Below are positions 10,791 to 20,401 of a stretch of 64,000 nt of DNA, piece after piece. How positions within the stretch are numbered: the first letter of the stretch is position 1; each line of letters begins with the position of its first letter. The notes beneath the pieces were generated by a model, which did no database searches, was not told where the DNA came from, and saw only the letters and a program-made list of their open reading frames with translations. The translations under genes and the position numbers were made by a program. This DNA is from Patescibacteria group bacterium (GTDB lineage Bacteria > Patescibacteriota > Minisyncoccia > Phycocordibacterales > Phycocordibacteraceae), in NCBI GenBank assembly GCA_038064595.1, contig JBBTSV010000005.1:612-64611 (forward strand). Direction: 5' to 3'.

Positions 10791-11753
10791 ATGGACAAAC
10801 CAAGAACAACCGCTAAAGATTTCTTCCTCTGGGCTGGCGCAATTGTCGCCTTTTATTGGAGCGTGATCGCTTACGCGGCGCTCCTCTTCGACTACATCAA
10901 CTACTCGTTCCCCAACGCGCTCTCGTATCTCCCTGCCAACCCCTACGAAAGCGGGATCAGCTTTGAGATGGCCTCGGTCGTCGTTCTCTTTCCGATATAC
11001 CTGCTCCTCATGTGGCTCATCCATAAAGATGCAGCGCGCGACCCCTCTCGCAATGAGATCTGGGTTCGCCGTTGGGCGCTCATCTTCACTCTCTTCCTCG
11101 CGGGCCTCGCGATGGCGGGCGATCTTATCGCCCTCCTCTCCCAATTCTTCAGTGGTGAAGAGCTCACCACCGCTTTTGTCCTGAAGGTGCTGGTCATCTT
11201 CCTCCTTGCGGCAGGGGTGTTTATGCATTTCGTCGCTGAACTCTCCGGCTACTGGGAACGCTTCTCCAAGCGGCGCGATGCAGTGCGTATCGGCGTCGTC
11301 GTGCTCGTCGTCGTGTCGATTGGTGCGGGTTTCTTTATCGTCGGTACGCCGGCTCAGGCGCGTCTCGCGCGCTTTGACGCACAGAAGGTGAGCGATCTGC
11401 AGAACATCCAGTCGCAGGTGTTGAACTACTATCAGGCTAAGCGAGCCCTCCCCGCTGTACTCGCTGACCTCAATTCCTCGATAAACTATTACGGTCCGAT
11501 TCCCCTTGATCCGCAGACGAATACCGACTACGAGTACCAGCCCATCGGTGCACTCTCCTTCAAGCTGTGTGCCGAGTTCAATAAGGCGGGTACCGATACA
11601 GTTTTCGAAGGGCGTTCAGTGCCTGCTGCAATGCCCATGAAGACGGGCGAGGGTGTATACCCCGTGAACAACTCATGGCAGCACGACAAGGGTCGCGTAT
11701 GCTTTAACCGTATCATCGACCCGAGCTTCTACCCACCGCTCTCCAAAAACTAA
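10791..11753 (+). CDS. membrane protein, DUF5671-like, with extracytoplasmic C-domain
   Basis: Five TM segments followed by RFDAQKVSDLQNIQ..DPQT..YEY..LCAEF. Confidence 0.7.
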   Translation: MDKPRTTAKDFFLWAGAIVAFYWSVIAYAALLFDYINYSFPNALSYLPANPYESGISFEMASVVVLFPIYLLLMWLIHKDAARDPSRNEIWVRRWALIFTLFLAGLAMAGDLIALLSQFFSGEELTTAFVLKVLVIFLLAAGVFMHFVAELSGYWERFSKRRDAVRIGVVVLVVVSIGAGFFIVGTPAQARLARFDAQKVSDLQNIQSQVLNYYQAKRALPAVLADLNSSINYYGPIPLDPQTNTDYEYQPIGALSFKLCAEFNKAGTDTVFEGRSVPAAMPMKTGEGVYPVNNSWQHDKGRVCFNRIIDPSFYPPLSKN

Positions 11754-11791
11754 CAAGGTTAAACCTTGTTCCAAAACACCGCGTATAATCT

Positions 11792-14206
11792 ATGGCGTAC
11801 GACCACCGCGAGATCGAGAAGGCTGCCCAAGAGAAATGGGCAGCACGTGATCTGTATAAGGCCGATCTCACTGATGAGACGAAAGATCCGTATTACCTCT
11901 TGGTGGAGTTCCCGTATCCCTCCGGCGACCTGCATATCGGGCACTGGTACGCCTTTGCGGTGACCGACATCTACGCGCGCATGCTGCGGCTGCGCGGTAA
12001 AAACGTTCTCTTCCCAATAGGTTTCGACGCCTTTGGCCTCCCGGCTGAGAATGCGGCGATTAAAAATGGCGTTGACCCCAAGGAGTGGACCCTCGCCAAT
12101 ATCGAGCGGATGCGCGGACAGCTCCAGAGCATGGGTGCCTCCTTCGACTGGGGTAAAGAGGTGGTCACCTGCGACCCCGCCTACTATCAGTGGACGCAGT
12201 GGCTCTTCATAAAGCTCTTTGAGCACGGGCTCGCTGAGCACAAGGAGGCTGCGGTGAAGTGGTGCCCCAAAGACCAGACCGTGCTCGCCAACGAACAAGT
12301 TATCGACGGCCATTGCGAGCGCTGCGGCACCGAGGTAGTCGAGAAGCGGCTCACGCAATGGTTCTTGAAAATTACTGCATATGCGGATCGGCTGCTCACG
12401 GGGCTTGACCCGCTCCCGTGGCGCGAGGAGATAAAAGAGGCGCAGAGAGCGTGGATCGGTAAGAGCGAGGGCGCGCATCTCGAGTTCGCCCTTGCGGGAA
12501 GAGAAGAGAAGATACGAGTCTTCACGACTCGCCCTGACACCATCTTTGGCGCCACCTACGTCGTACTCGCGCCCGAGCACCCGCTTGTCGCCACACTTCT
12601 CCCGAGCCTCACTAACAAAAAAGAAGTCGAGGCGTATGTTACGGCGACCGCCAAGAAGAGCGAGCGCGAGCGTAGCGAGAATAAAGAGAAGACGGGTGTC
12701 GAGCTTAAAGGAGTGAAGGCAATCAATCCGGCGACCAAGGAGGAGATCCCCGTCTACATTGCCGACTACGTGCTTGCCTCCTACGGCACCGGCGCCGTGA
12801 TGGCCGTCCCTGCACACGACGAGCGCGACGGCGAGTTTGCCGCACGGATGGGACTGCCAGTTATTGAGGTGGTGGAGCGCGGAGAAAACCCATTGCCTTA
12901 CACGGGTACAGGGATACTGATGAACTCCGGTGACTTCACTCTGCGCAACAGTGAAGAGGCCAAGGCAGACATCATCGCCGCTGTGGGCGGCGAAGTAGCC
13001 ACCAACTACCGCATCCGTGATTGGCTCATCAGCCGTCAGCGCTACTGGGGCTGCCCGATCCCGATTGTCTACGATCCAGCAGGGAAGCCGCATGCCATTC
13101 CCTCTGAACACTTGCCCTGGATCCTGCCCACTGATGTCGACTTCACTCCCACTGGCAAGGCGCCCCTCGCGTCATCGAAGGAGCTTAAGGAGCGGGTCAC
13201 GAGAATATTTGGCGAGGGATGGACGCCCGAGTATGACACCTTCGACACCTTTATGGACTCGTCGTGGTATTTCCTTCGCTATCTCGACTCCAGCGATACG
13301 CATAAGTTTTCTGATGCTGCGCTCATGAAGAAGTGGATCCCGGTGAACCGCTACTCCGGCGGGAGCGAGCACACCACCATGCACCTCCTCTATGCGCGCT
13401 TCTTTATGAAGGCACTCTATGATCTCGCGCTCGTGCCGGTGGATGAACCTTTCACCGAGCGCTTCAATCGCGGGCTCATCATGGGCCCAGACGGGGCTAA
13501 GATGAGCAAATCGAAGGGGAATGTGGTCAACCCGGACGAGTTTGTGCAGAAGTATGGCGCTGACGCAGTACGGCTCTACCTCGCCTTTATCGGCCCTTAC
13601 AACGAGCCCGGGAGCTACCCATGGAATCTTGAAGGCGTTGCCTCGATGCGTAAGTTCCTCGAGCGTGTCGACCGCCTCATGTCTCGTTATCAGCAACTTG
13701 GAGGTGAAACCTCCAAGTCGAACTTGGAGGTTTCACCTCCAAGTTCTCAAAGCTTGATGGAGCAGGCGGTGGCTAAGGCAAGCGCGAAGGTGGCCGGGGA
13801 GGGAGATCGATTTAAGTTCAACACCGGAGCTGCGGCGCTGATGACGCTTCTCAATGAGCTTGAGGCTACAGAAGAAGTGCCCGCGAGCGTCCTCAAAGAT
13901 TTCTTGATTATGCTCGCGCCCTTTGCGCCGCACCTTGCTGAAAGCCTATGGGAAAAGCTCGGCGGAGAGGGTTCAGTCCACCAGCAGCCGTGGCCGGTAC
14001 GCGAGGTGGCGGCCGCCACCGAATACACGGTGGTCGTCCAGGTGTCCGGCAAGCGCCGTGGTTCGATTACACTCACCACAGGCGCCTCGGAGGAGGAGGC
14101 GGTACAGGCGGCACGCGCGCTCCCGCCGGTCGCTGCGGCGCTTGCCGGAGCCGAGCCGAGCCGAGTGGTCTACCTCCCCAACCGCCTTGTAAACTTGGTC
14201 GTCTAG
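11792..14206 (+). CDS. leuS: leucine--tRNA ligase
   Basis: FPYPSGDLHIGH, KMSKS, RDWLISRQRYWG. Confidence 0.98.
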   Translation: MAYDHREIEKAAQEKWAARDLYKADLTDETKDPYYLLVEFPYPSGDLHIGHWYAFAVTDIYARMLRLRGKNVLFPIGFDAFGLPAENAAIKNGVDPKEWTLANIERMRGQLQSMGASFDWGKEVVTCDPAYYQWTQWLFIKLFEHGLAEHKEAAVKWCPKDQTVLANEQVIDGHCERCGTEVVEKRLTQWFLKITAYADRLLTGLDPLPWREEIKEAQRAWIGKSEGAHLEFALAGREEKIRVFTTRPDTIFGATYVVLAPEHPLVATLLPSLTNKKEVEAYVTATAKKSERERSENKEKTGVELKGVKAINPATKEEIPVYIADYVLASYGTGAVMAVPAHDERDGEFAARMGLPVIEVVERGENPLPYTGTGILMNSGDFTLRNSEEAKADIIAAVGGEVATNYRIRDWLISRQRYWGCPIPIVYDPAGKPHAIPSEHLPWILPTDVDFTPTGKAPLASSKELKERVTRIFGEGWTPEYDTFDTFMDSSWYFLRYLDSSDTHKFSDAALMKKWIPVNRYSGGSEHTTMHLLYARFFMKALYDLALVPVDEPFTERFNRGLIMGPDGAKMSKSKGNVVNPDEFVQKYGADAVRLYLAFIGPYNEPGSYPWNLEGVASMRKFLERVDRLMSRYQQLGGETSKSNLEVSPPSSQSLMEQAVAKASAKVAGEGDRFKFNTGAAALMTLLNELEATEEVPASVLKDFLIMLAPFAPHLAESLWEKLGGEGSVHQQPWPVREVAAATEYTVVVQVSGKRRGSITLTTGASEEEAVQAARALPPVAAALAGAEPSRVVYLPNRLVNLVV
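13695..13745. repeat. double palindrome in-frame in leuS
   Basis: ACTTGGAGGTGAAACCTCCAAGT plus its reverse-complement copy (51 bp total); identical 23-mer lies intergenic at 62449-62471. Confidence 0.85.
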
Positions 14207-14275
14207 ACTCGGTTGACGATATTTTATATACCTGCTAGATTATAAAGGTATCCGAATGAGAGTAATGAACCATAA

Positions 14276-14545
14276 ATGAGTGAGAGCGACGAGACAAAAC
14301 CAACGGCGACAGGCACCGTTGAGGAAGTGTTGCCTAACTCTCTTTTTCGTGTTCGTTTAGACCCCTCAGAGGATCAGGCTGACGCCATAGAAGCGGGAGA
14401 CGAAGTCGCAGAGAGCGAGCTTTTGCTCGCGTATCTAGCCGGTAAAATGCGCCTCCATCGGATCCGTGTCTTGGTGGGCGACAAGGTAGAGATGGTGCTC
14501 GACCCCTACGGAGGGCGAGCACGAATCGTGCGAAGATTAACGTAA
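14276..14545 (+). CDS. infA: translation initiation factor IF-1
   Basis: [36 protein letters not shown]. Confidence 0.95.
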   Translation: MSESDETKPTATGTVEEVLPNSLFRVRLDPSEDQADAIEAGDEVAESELLLAYLAGKMRLHRIRVLVGDKVEMVLDPYGGRARIVRRLT

Positions 14546-14558
14546 ATTATCGTATTCA

Positions 14559-14675
14559 ATGAAAGTCCGGGCATCTATCAAAGTCCAGCAACCAGGAGAT
14601 CAGCTCGTCCGTCGCGGCGGGCGCCTCTATCGTATTAATAAAAAGAATCCCCGCCGCAAGGCGCGTCAAGGTTAA
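14559..14675 (+). CDS. rpmJ: 50S ribosomal protein L36, zinc-free type (not in ORF track)
   Basis: Manual translation [38 protein letters not shown], between infA and rpsM. Confidence 0.95.
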   Translation: MKVRASIKVQQPGDQLVRRGGRLYRINKKNPRRKARQG

Positions 14676-14685
14676 TTTTTCATAC

Positions 14686-15066
14686 ATGCGTATCGCCGGT
14701 ATCACCCTTCCCGATAACAAGCAGCTCGCCTACTCGCTGCCGCTTATTTTTGGCATCGGTCCGACTCGTGCCCGCGAGATCCTCACCAAGAGCGGCATCC
14801 CCTTCACTAAGAAGGGGAGCGAGCTCACGGCCGATGAAGAGCAGAAGATCCGCGCACTCGCCGAAGGCTTCACGATCGAGGGTGAACTGCGCCGTGAGAT
14901 CGGTCAGAACGTTAAGCGCCTTAAAGATATCCGCTCGGAGCGGGGTGATCGTCATGCGCGTGGGATGCCGACGCGCGGGCAGCGCACCAAGACCAACTCG
15001 CGCACGCGTCGTGGCAACGTCCGCAAGACGATGACCTCGGGTCGCCGTACGCTCGAAAAGACGTAA
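14686..15066 (+). CDS. rpsM: 30S ribosomal protein S13
   Basis: MRIAGI, IFGIG, RGQRTKTNSRTR. Confidence 0.98.
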   Translation: MRIAGITLPDNKQLAYSLPLIFGIGPTRAREILTKSGIPFTKKGSELTADEEQKIRALAEGFTIEGELRREIGQNVKRLKDIRSERGDRHARGMPTRGQRTKTNSRTRRGNVRKTMTSGRRTLEKT

Positions 15067-15074
15067 TCATACCT

Positions 15075-15509
15075 ATGGGAAAGAAACGTATCATTAAGAA
15101 GAGCGGTAAGGGCCTTGACCAGGGGCGCAAGGAGCGTGCACTCTCAAAGGCGACGAAGCGTCATCTCGATAAGGGAGTGCTCCACATTGAGGCGACGTTT
15201 AATAACACCAAAGCGATTCTCACTGATGAGAAAGGTAATGCGATTGTCTCTTCAAGCGCGGGCGCACTCGGCTTTTCTGGCGCGCGTAAGTCGACCCCCT
15301 ATGCGGCGGCCAAGGTGGGTGAGTTTCTCGGCGAGAAAGGGATGATGATTGGCCTCAAGGAGGCGGCAGTTGTGATCCGTGGTGTGGGAGCTGGTCGTGA
15401 GTCGGTTCTCCGCGCGTTCTCCAGCAAAGGGATCCAGATCCGCGCGATTAAAGATGTGACGCCGATCCCGCACAACGGTCCCCGGCCGCCGAAGCCGCGT
15501 CGCGTGTAA
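15075..15509 (+). CDS. rpsK: 30S ribosomal protein S11
   Basis: ATFNNT, RKSTPYAA, DVTPIPHNG. Confidence 0.98.
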   Translation: MGKKRIIKKSGKGLDQGRKERALSKATKRHLDKGVLHIEATFNNTKAILTDEKGNAIVSSSAGALGFSGARKSTPYAAAKVGEFLGEKGMMIGLKEAAVVIRGVGAGRESVLRAFSSKGIQIRAIKDVTPIPHNGPRPPKPRRV

Positions 15510-15518
15510 TACTTTATT

Positions 15519-16130
15519 ATGAAAACGGGACCACGATACAAAATTGCAAAGCGCCTTGGCGCAACCGTCTTTGAGAAAGCGCAGACGCAGAAATTTGCTA
15601 TTTCTGCAGAACGGAGCGCAAAGAACAAGCGTCGTGGGCGTGGGCGTCAGAGCGAGTACGGCAAGCAGATGCTCGAGAAACAGAAGGTCCGCGTGACCTA
15701 CGGACTCCCGGAGCGCCAGTTCCGTAACTATGTGCGCAAGGCGCTCACGGCGCATGCGGCGCAGCCATCGGATCGTCTTCATGAACTCCTTGAGCTTCGC
15801 CTCGACAACGTGGTGTGGCGCCTCGGTCTCGCTGCCACGCGCCGCGCGGCGCGCCAGATGGTAGCACATGGTCACGTGATGGTGAACGGGAAGAAAATGC
15901 GTGTGCCTTCGTGTGCTCTCTCGGTAGGTGACGAGATCAGTATCCGCGATGGATCAAAGGAGCATGGGGTGCTGGTCGGCTTCGCTGAGCGCTTTGCCGA
16001 GCGTCCGCTCCCCTCCTGGCTTAACTGGAATGCGAGTTCGATGAGCGGGAGCGTGGTCGAGCGGCCCACCTCGGCGTCAGCAGATGTCGCAGGCGACATG
16101 GTCTCAGTGCTCTCGTTCTACACGAGGTAG
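15519..16130 (+). CDS. rpsD: 30S ribosomal protein S4
   Basis: SEYGKQMLEKQK, LELRLDNVVWRLG, ARQMVAHGH. Confidence 0.98.
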   Translation: MKTGPRYKIAKRLGATVFEKAQTQKFAISAERSAKNKRRGRGRQSEYGKQMLEKQKVRVTYGLPERQFRNYVRKALTAHAAQPSDRLHELLELRLDNVVWRLGLAATRRAARQMVAHGHVMVNGKKMRVPSCALSVGDEISIRDGSKEHGVLVGFAERFAERPLPSWLNWNASSMSGSVVERPTSASADVAGDMVSVLSFYTR

Positions 16131-16167
16131 TTTTTCATTATTATTCACTGGTAATTACGATTGCGTT

Positions 16168-17118
16168 ATGGAATACCACATTACTTTGCCAAGCAAGCCC
16201 CGTATCGTGTCTGAAGAGGACATGCAGGGCGTTTATGAAATTGATTCACTTTATCCGGGATACGGTCATACGCTGGGCAACAGCTTGCGCCGTATCATCC
16301 TCTCTTCACTCCCGGGCGCAGCGATCACCCAAGTCAAGATCGAGGGTATTCCTCACGAGTTTGCAACTATTGATGGGATGCGCGAGACGGTGATGGAGCT
16401 CCTCCTCAATCTCAAGCGCGTTCACTTTATCCTTCACGGTGATGAGCCACAAACCATCTCCCTTATCACTAAGGGCACCGGCGAGATAACCGCAAAAGAC
16501 TTTAATCTCCCCAGCCAGGTCGAGATCAAGAATCCGGGTCAGCACATCTGCGATCTCGCCGGAAAGGCAACCCTCGAGCTTGAAGCAACGATCGAACGCG
16601 GCCTCGGCTACGTGCCGCGCGAAGTGTTGACCAAAGACAAAGTCGACATCGGCACCATCGCGCTTGACGCGACGTTCACACCGATCCGTCGCGTGAACTA
16701 CGAGGTCGATAACATGCGCGTGGGAGACCGCACCGACTTCAACCGTCTCCGTATCCTGATCGAGACCAACGGCACGATCGCTCCGCGCGAAGCACTTGAA
16801 AAGTCAATCGAGACGATGATTCACCAGCTCAAGGCCGTGATTGGTTTTCAAGAGAATGAGCCGGCGCATGAACGTACGGCATCAGCTTCGGCAAAGGAGA
16901 CCGACGGCGAGCTTGATGCGACGAAGGTAAAGATTGCTGATCTCGGTCTTCCTACTCGTGTCGTTTCGGCACTCGAGGAGGCAGGGATCAAGAGTGCAGC
17001 CGGTCTCGCCCGCAAGACCGCCTCGGCACTTAAGGAGCTTGACGGTATTGGCGACAAGGCGGTTGAGGAGATCTCGACCGCGCTTGCCGGCTGCGGCCTC
17101 ACGCTCAAAGGCGAGTAA
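16168..17118 (+). CDS. rpoA: RNA polymerase subunit alpha
   Basis: GYGHTLGNSLRRIILSSLPG; divergent CTD. Confidence 0.98.
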   Translation: MEYHITLPSKPRIVSEEDMQGVYEIDSLYPGYGHTLGNSLRRIILSSLPGAAITQVKIEGIPHEFATIDGMRETVMELLLNLKRVHFILHGDEPQTISLITKGTGEITAKDFNLPSQVEIKNPGQHICDLAGKATLELEATIERGLGYVPREVLTKDKVDIGTIALDATFTPIRRVNYEVDNMRVGDRTDFNRLRILIETNGTIAPREALEKSIETMIHQLKAVIGFQENEPAHERTASASAKETDGELDATKVKIADLGLPTRVVSALEEAGIKSAAGLARKTASALKELDGIGDKAVEEISTALAGCGLTLKGE

Positions 17119-17123
17119 CTACT

Positions 17124-17477
17124 ATGGCGTATACCAAGAAAGCACAGACTTTCCATCGTAAGACCGGTCAGCGCCGGGCGCTTCTCAAGTCCTTGATGCG
17201 CTCACTGGTCTTGGAGGAGCGGATCTCGACTACGGAGGCCAAGGCCAAGGCACTGCGCCCCGCGATCGAGCGTCTCGTCACGTACGGAAAGAAGAATACG
17301 CTCGCGACCCGCCGTTTCGCGCAGGCAAAACTCGGTGACAAAGAAGCAACCAAGAAGCTTTTTGACACCATAGCGCCTCGGTATGTTGATAGAAACGGCG
17401 GGTACACACGGGTCGTGAAGCGCTCGGTGCGCGGTAAGAGCGATGCACGCAAACTTGCGTATATCTCATTTGTCTAG
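17124..17477 (+). CDS. rplQ: 50S ribosomal protein L17
   Basis: ISTTEAKAKALRP, RNGGYTRVVK. Confidence 0.97.
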   Translation: MAYTKKAQTFHRKTGQRRALLKSLMRSLVLEERISTTEAKAKALRPAIERLVTYGKKNTLATRRFAQAKLGDKEATKKLFDTIAPRYVDRNGGYTRVVKRSVRGKSDARKLAYISFV

Positions 17478-17493
17478 TACACCATATTTATCT

Positions 17494-17865
17494 ATGACGC
17501 GGATTATCAAACCAGAAACAACAACCTATACGATCGACGCCACCGACCGCACGCTTGGCCGTGTGGCAAGCGAGGCAGCGCACGCCCTTCTTGGGAAGCG
17601 TTCGGTCCACTTCGACAAACAAACTGCACACCCGGTTACGGTGGTAATCGAGAATGCCGGCAAGCTCCACCTTCCGCTCCGTCGCACAACGGGGAAAATC
17701 TACACCCGCTACACGGGCTATCCCGCCGGACTCCGCTCGATGACCATGGCAGAGATGGTTGCGAAGAAGGGCATTGCAGACGTTGTCAAAAAGACGGTTG
17801 ACGGGATGATCCCGCGCAACAAGCTCCGTGCACCACGGATGAAGAATCTTATTGTTAATGCGTAA
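17494..17865 (+). CDS. rplM: 50S ribosomal protein L13 (short form)
   Basis: IDATDRTLGRVAS, YTGYPAGL, GMIPRNKL. Confidence 0.95.
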   Translation: MTRIIKPETTTYTIDATDRTLGRVASEAAHALLGKRSVHFDKQTAHPVTVVIENAGKLHLPLRRTTGKIYTRYTGYPAGLRSMTMAEMVAKKGIADVVKKTVDGMIPRNKLRAPRMKNLIVNA

Positions 17866-17866
17866 T

Positions 17867-18262
17867 ATGGCTACTACTTTCACTCATGCTGTTGGGCGCC
17901 GTAAGACCGCGATCGCGAGCGTGCGCATCACGCCAGCAAGCAAGTCAAGCCTCACGGTCAACGGCAAAAGCGCCAAGGATTATTTCAAGACTGCTGATCG
18001 TGCGGTTATTGCTGAAGAGGCATTTGGAAAAGCTGAGAGTGCTGAACACTACACCGTGACCGCTCATGTCTCGGGAGGTGGCATCTCTGCACAAGCAGAC
18101 GCGGTTCGCCACGCTATTAGCCGCGCGATTATTGCAGCTGAGCCGAAGACCCGCACGATTCTTAAGAAGGCCGGCTTTCTCAAGCGCGACCCGCGTGCCA
18201 AGGAGCGCAAGAAGCCGGGCCTCAAGAAAGCCCGCAAAGCGCCGCAGTGGTCTAAGAGATAA
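17867..18262 (+). CDS. rpsI: 30S ribosomal protein S9
   Basis: GRRKTAIASV, GGGISAQA, ERKKPGLKKARKAPQWSKR. Confidence 0.98.
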   Translation: MATTFTHAVGRRKTAIASVRITPASKSSLTVNGKSAKDYFKTADRAVIAEEAFGKAESAEHYTVTAHVSGGGISAQADAVRHAISRAIIAAEPKTRTILKKAGFLKRDPRAKERKKPGLKKARKAPQWSKR

Positions 18263-18361
18263 AGTAATACAAAACAGCAACCGCCCCAAAGGGGCGGTTG
18301 TGTGCTATATATCAGCCAGAGCCCAGCAATCTCGCTTGGGCAACTCGAGAGAGGAGACGGT

Positions 18362-18868
18362 ATGTTGCTCGCACGACAAAACCCGTATGTCTCGGGAGAG
18401 GTCGCGCTCTTTGATACGCTGGTGAGAGCCGGAGAAGAGAAGGCATCGGTCACGCTCCCGCATGCGCTCCACGGATTTCTCGTTGACTGCTTGGTGGAGC
18501 ACCTGCGTGACCCAGAGATCACTCACGACGTCCTTGCACTCGGCTTCCTCCGTGCGGTGGAGCTGTCGGGTGAGAAGGGGAACGTCGTGCTCAAGCGTGT
18601 TGGTGACGAAGCGCTTCTGCTTGCGGGTCTTTTCCCCGAGCGCGCACTCCGCCTCCGAGTGAGCGTGCGCTACTTCAGACAGATGGGACAGAGCGCCTAC
18701 GGAAACCTTTCGGCGAAGCTTATCGCAGGAGGGAAGCCGGAGCGTAGTCACTTCTACAACACGCTCGCGCGGCAGTTTGAGCTCCTTGAGAAGGTGCTCG
18801 GCGCTGTGCGCGCCACACCAGAGAGCGAGTGGGATGCCTTCAGGCGTTTCCGCGCCCAGCTCCAGTAG
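18362..18868 (+). CDS. conserved hypothetical protein
   Basis: LKRVGDEALLLAGLFP..YFRQMGQSAY motif recalled from gammaproteobacterial hypotheticals; GAGGAG SD; hairpin at about 18882-18907. Confidence 0.75.
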   Translation: MLLARQNPYVSGEVALFDTLVRAGEEKASVTLPHALHGFLVDCLVEHLRDPEITHDVLALGFLRAVELSGEKGNVVLKRVGDEALLLAGLFPERALRLRVSVRYFRQMGQSAYGNLSAKLIAGGKPERSHFYNTLARQFELLEKVLGAVRATPESEWDAFRRFRAQLQ

Positions 18869-18955
18869 TTCTCGCGTATGCGAACAGCCGCCATGGGCGG
18901 CTGTTCTTTTGGTGGTAGAGTTACCTTACGGGAATCCCTCCCGTAGGAGATCGTC

Positions 18956-19087
18956 ATGTTCATCGACCTCGAAGAGTTGGCGCGCCCCTTTGCGCCGCTG
19001 TTTGTCGAAATGCTCGAGTACCAGAAGCAGAACCTCCGCTTCTGGAACGGTATCCATCAGCAGGTCCTCGCTTTCTGGGGGCTCTGA
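18956..19087 (+). CDS. 43-aa hypothetical protein (not in ORF track)
   Basis: AGGAG SD; MFIDLEELARPFAPLFVEMLEYQKQNLRFWNGIHQQVLAFWGL; TGATG overlap with the next ORF. Confidence 0.5.
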   Translation: MFIDLEELARPFAPLFVEMLEYQKQNLRFWNGIHQQVLAFWGL

Positions 19088-19299
19088 TGACGGCTACCGT
19101 CTGTACACGCCGCAGGTGTGGGCTTCCCATCAAGCTTGGCACCTACGTTGCCTGGCGAGGGGGTAAGCCATACCACTATGGCTGCCCCGAGATAGGGCGG
19201 GGAAGGAGGAAGCCAAGGCGGCCGAAGCCGCAACCGGAGAAGCCGAGCGCCCCTCGGCTTTTTCTATTGCCATCAACTATCCACGAAATGCTGCTATAG
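19087..19299 (+). CDS. small Cys/His-containing basic protein
   Basis: CTRRRC..HYGC; start overlaps the upstream stop. Confidence 0.5.
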   Translation: MTATVCTRRRCGLPIKLGTYVAWRGGKPYHYGCPEIGRGRRKPRRPKPQPEKPSAPRLFLLPSTIHEMLL

Positions 19300-19509
19300 C
19301 ATGAAGTTTTGGATATGCTGGTATGATATATCATACCTTTTGCCATCTCGGACGTTACTATCAACAAAAAGTATGCTATAGCGTCGAGATTGTGGATACC
19401 TTTCAGTGACTCAAGAGATTCCGATTATTCATACAATCTGCTTGCTGTTTGCACACTACAAGAGTACAGTTTGTCTGGACGCAATTTTGCTCCATACCGG
19501 AGAAATCCG

Positions 19510-19689
19510 ATGGCCGCCAACGAACAAGTCGTTTGCAACGCCTGCAAACGCGAAGTTGTCCCACAGCTCGGCTGGCATATCTGCGAGGGGTGCGGATTGG
19601 CGCTGCTGGGCAGTGACGAATCGCCTCCAACGCTCGTCGAAGAGGAGGTCGGCGAAGCGCTCGCGGAAGCGGGCGAGCTCACCAGCTAG
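19510..19689 (+). CDS. small zinc-ribbon protein
   Basis: CNAC..CEGC with acidic tail; GGAG SD; hairpin GCGGGACCC-AC-GGGTCCCGC downstream. Confidence 0.6.
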   Translation: MAANEQVVCNACKREVVPQLGWHICEGCGLALLGSDESPPTLVEEEVGEALAEAGELTS

Positions 19690-19742
19690 CTCGCGGCAGG
19701 GCTGGCACAAGATCGCGGGACCCACGGGTCCCGCTTTCGTTT

Positions 19743-20339
19743 TTATTGGAGGGTTACGGGGCGGGAGAGGAGCACTGCGGGAGCACCTACCTCCTCGTAG
19801 TGGCGTGTACCCGCCTCGACTCGAGAAAAACCGAGTCGCTCATAGAGTGGCGCGTGTCGAGGATTAACGGTAATGACCGCCACTTGCGCACCCAGACTCT
19901 TTGCCCGAACGACGAGTTGATCAACCAGGTTTTTTAGGGCGGAACGAGCGAGGCCGACCGTATCCAACGTTGCGAACTGACCTATTTCGATCAGTCGCGT
20001 ACCACCCTCTTGGAGCTTTGCAACTTCTTCCTTAAAGAGGGTACCCGCAGGGAGAGACTCGGGGTTACCCGCCTCGTCTAAGAGAAGTCCGATAGTACCA
20101 ATGATTTCACCGGTCTCGTCGTAGATCGCGAGACGCTCACCGCGTGTATCATAGGCCGCAATCACCACTGGCTCATAACCGACCCGCATATACTCGTCGC
20201 GCAAGAGCTCCTGGCAGATGGTCTTGGCGTTCTCGTCGAGTTCAGTCGAGAGGCTGATTTGATTCACGAGTCTCTTGGACTTCTCTGGTGCAGGTGTCAC
20301 GGCTTCAGTCTGTATTTTTTGTGGAGGCAGTTCGCTCAT
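19743..20339 (-). CDS. GNAT-fold N-acyl amino acid synthase-like (FeeM family) protein
   Basis: Y..VGY, IGTIGLLLD..LP, EIGQFA, ITVNPRH..Y..LGF, Y..VGAPAVLL. Confidence 0.75.
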   Translation of the reverse strand: MSELPPQKIQTEAVTPAPEKSKRLVNQISLSTELDENAKTICQELLRDEYMRVGYEPVVIAAYDTRGERLAIYDETGEIIGTIGLLLDEAGNPESLPAGTLFKEEVAKLQEGGTRLIEIGQFATLDTVGLARSALKNLVDQLVVRAKSLGAQVAVITVNPRHAPLYERLGFSRVEAGTRHYEEVGAPAVLLSRPVTLQ

Positions 20340-20401
20340 ACACCCCAGTATACCATCGAGCGACTTTTGACTCCGTGCGCGACTTCAGGCATAGTGGAGA
20401 C

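Noticed and set aside
11759-13111. 450-aa minus-strand ORF and similar long antisense ORFs over atpA, dnaK, aspS and others
   Set aside because: Shadow frames of GC-rich, well-identified genes, with no motifs.
14360-14420. Acidic insertion in IF-1 as another palindromic element
   Set aside because: No dyad symmetry and no second copy seen; probably ordinary loop expansion.
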